NCBI GenBank assembly: GCA_010405405.1
Contig: MU004242.1
Span: forward strand, 469,751-533,750
Length of the DNA: 64,000 nt
Origin: Microthyrium microscopicum
Taxonomy: Eukaryota
Direction: 5' to 3'
The notes under the pieces were generated by a model. It was not told where the DNA came from. It made no database searches and worked only from the letters and a program-made list of their open reading frames with translations. The translations under genes were made by a program, and so were the position numbers. Positions 61,677-64,000 of this stretch are shown piece after piece; position 1 is the first letter of the stretch, and each line of letters begins with the position of its first letter.

Positions 61677-63431
61677 ATGAATGTAGCTCCAGCCCCCACC
61701 AAGCGAGATCGCGTCCTTCCAATCTACTCCCGCCGAGAGGTTGAAGCCCTTATAGCTGATGGAAAACACATTATAATCGTAGACGGCAGTGTTTTAAAAT
61801 GTGACGCCTGGATGCCCTACCACCCGGGTGGGGACACTGCAATTCGACATATGGTTGGCAGAGATGCGACAGACGAAGTCAATGCGTAAGCTCAAGTCAT
61901 TGGGGAGTGGCAGCATAAAGATACTGACGTTCGCAGACTTCATTCCCCTGAAGCGAGGCAAAGAATGCAAACTTACAAGATTGGAAGAACAGAAGGACGC
62001 TGGGACAACTTCTTACCACCGATTCAAGGAGGACAGTTTCGGCCTAGAGCTCAGGAGGAACCATTGGATGTCCGGATTATACAATCAACAAGCACAAGCT
62101 CTTCCGAATCAGGATCGACTTGTGAGGAGACATCGTCTAGATCATCACCTATCATTGAAACCGAGGATGCCAATGCTTTGCGGAGAAGAAGACTGGGAAG
62201 TCTCACACCGCCTTCATCAGTAGAATCCGAGGACGAAATAGATAATAAGCCGCGAATCGCTCATTTAGACCGCAGAACTCAGGAAGAAATCGAGATGGAC
62301 TCTGCTCTCTATCCTTCCTTGGAGCCTCAAGTTCAGGACGAAATCGTAAGAAAATACCGGATACTCTATGACCGAATCAAAGAGGAAGGCCTATTTCAAT
62401 GCAATTACTGGGACTATGCTCCAGATGCGATAAGAACGTCTATTCTACTTACAACGTCGTTGTTTCTACTACACAGCCAATGGTACAAGACCAGTGCCGT
62501 TGTGCTGGGACTTTTTTGGCATCAATTGGTTTTTTGCGCCCATGACGCAGGACATATGGGCATCACGCATGATTTCCACGTGGATTCGTGCCTTGGAATA
62601 TTCATTGCTGATTTTATGGGCGGCTTGAGTATTGGGTGGTGGAAGCATAACCACAATGTTCACCACATTGTAACCAATGCACCGGAACACGATCCAGATA
62701 TCCAGCATCTCCCATTCTTCGCAGTTTCTCACCGGTTCTTGGAGTCACTTAGATCGACCTACTACGACTTCGTCATGGAATATGATATTGTGGCAAGAAA
62801 CGCAATTCGCATACAACACTATCTATACTATGTCATCTTGACATTGGGCAGATTCAATCTCTACCGGTTGTCGTGGGCTTTCTTAATACTGCGAAAAGGA
62901 CCAAAAAAGGGACCTTCCTGGTGGCATTACTGGCTAGAAGTCGTCGGCAACGTATTCTTCTGGACCTGGTTCGGCTATGGCATCTTGTACAAAAGCTTAC
63001 CCACTAATTCCGATCGATTCGTCTACCTCATAATAAGCCACGTAGTCACATCACCTGTCCACCTACAGATCACATTGAGCCATTTTGGAATGAGTACCGC
63101 CGATCTAGGAGTCGCCGAATCATTTCCGCAAAAGATGCTTCGGACCACCATGGACGTCGACTGCCCTCCTTGGCTTGATTTTATCCACGGCGGACTACAA
63201 TTCCAAGCTATACACCATTTATATCCGCGAATTCCCCGGCCAAATCTTAGACGAACGCAAAAGCTAGTGCAGCAATTTTGTGAAGAAGTCAATATTCCAT
63301 ATGCGATCTATGGTTTTGTGGATGGCAACAAGCAGGTGATTGGGCGTTTGGAGGAAGTGGCTAGGCAAGCATCTATCCTGGCAGCGTGTCAGAGCGCTAT
63401 GGTTGCAGAAGGCGATTTTGGATTGCAATGA
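61677..63431 (+). CDS. SLD1: Cytochrome-b5-fused delta-8 sphingolipid desaturase; intron 61886-61936
   Basis: HPGG haem motif; His boxes HDAGH, HNVHH and QAIHH; NFLPPIQGG and HDPDIQHLPFFAVS. Confidence 0.93.
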
Positions 63432-64000
63432 TAGCAATTCATATGTAATTGGTGGTTTTTGAGTGTAGTGAGTTGTTGCAAACAGCGTACATACAGTCAT
63501 CCAGTTGCGCAAACGCTTGTTGACTCGAACTAGAAATTAGTGGGCTTGTGATGCCCTCAACTTTCACAGAGATATATCTTGGGTAGTCTCTTTTGCCGAT
63601 GCAGAGCAAAGTTGATGTTCATTTGGAAGTCATATTCTAAAGTCACTTGCAAAAGCAAGTCACAAGACAGAAATCATGAAGCAATATTATCAACAACTTA
63701 GGCCCATCTTGAAAAGCCTAAAGATTGAAGTCTGGTTTTACCTCCATCCCACATGAATCAGTCAGTATTTATCGCCAATATGAAATCGCATCATTCAACC
63801 ACCCATGGTGTGAGGTGTCAGCAAACTTCCTTTCAACCTCATAGCCAGATCGATCTGGAGAGCTTCGAGATGCGAGAACGAGTGCCAAAAGAAGAAAGAC
63901 CGTGTTCTCAAAAGCTCACCTCAACTCCTGCACCATCTTCAGTGAAAGTCTTCAGACCTCTCAACATGAATCGCACTCGTAAAACAAAGACCAACACTCG

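Noticed and set aside
63670..64000. Possible gene start at the window end
   Set aside because: Too short, with no recognisable motif.

Overview
Gene-dense DNA from a filamentous ascomycete (Pezizomycotina): short GT..CTRAC..AG introns, and a Woronin-body tether gene is present. Recognisable genes are NCS1/frequenin, a GRE2-like reductase, a GT17 GlcNAc-transferase, an AA9 LPMO next to a 13-intron laccase, IMP3, RNA15/CstF-64, a ~6,515-aa leashin (lah), a secreted alpha/beta hydrolase, a Prp2/DHX16-type DEAH helicase and a cytochrome-b5-fused delta-8 sphingolipid desaturase. There are also three F-box-like genes, one missed by the ORF track, and several orphan ORFs. The most unusual observations are: (1) two long adjacent foldback hairpins (32.4-32.9 kb) inside a decayed spliced gene, a candidate hairpin-RNA/milRNA locus or template-switch scars; (2) an intron-containing tRNA-His with a 3-nt bulge in the acceptor stem; (3) a divergent pair of F-box paralogs; (4) recurring local C/A-rich to G/T-rich strand-skew switches. 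All calls come from manual reading and translation; no database search was run.
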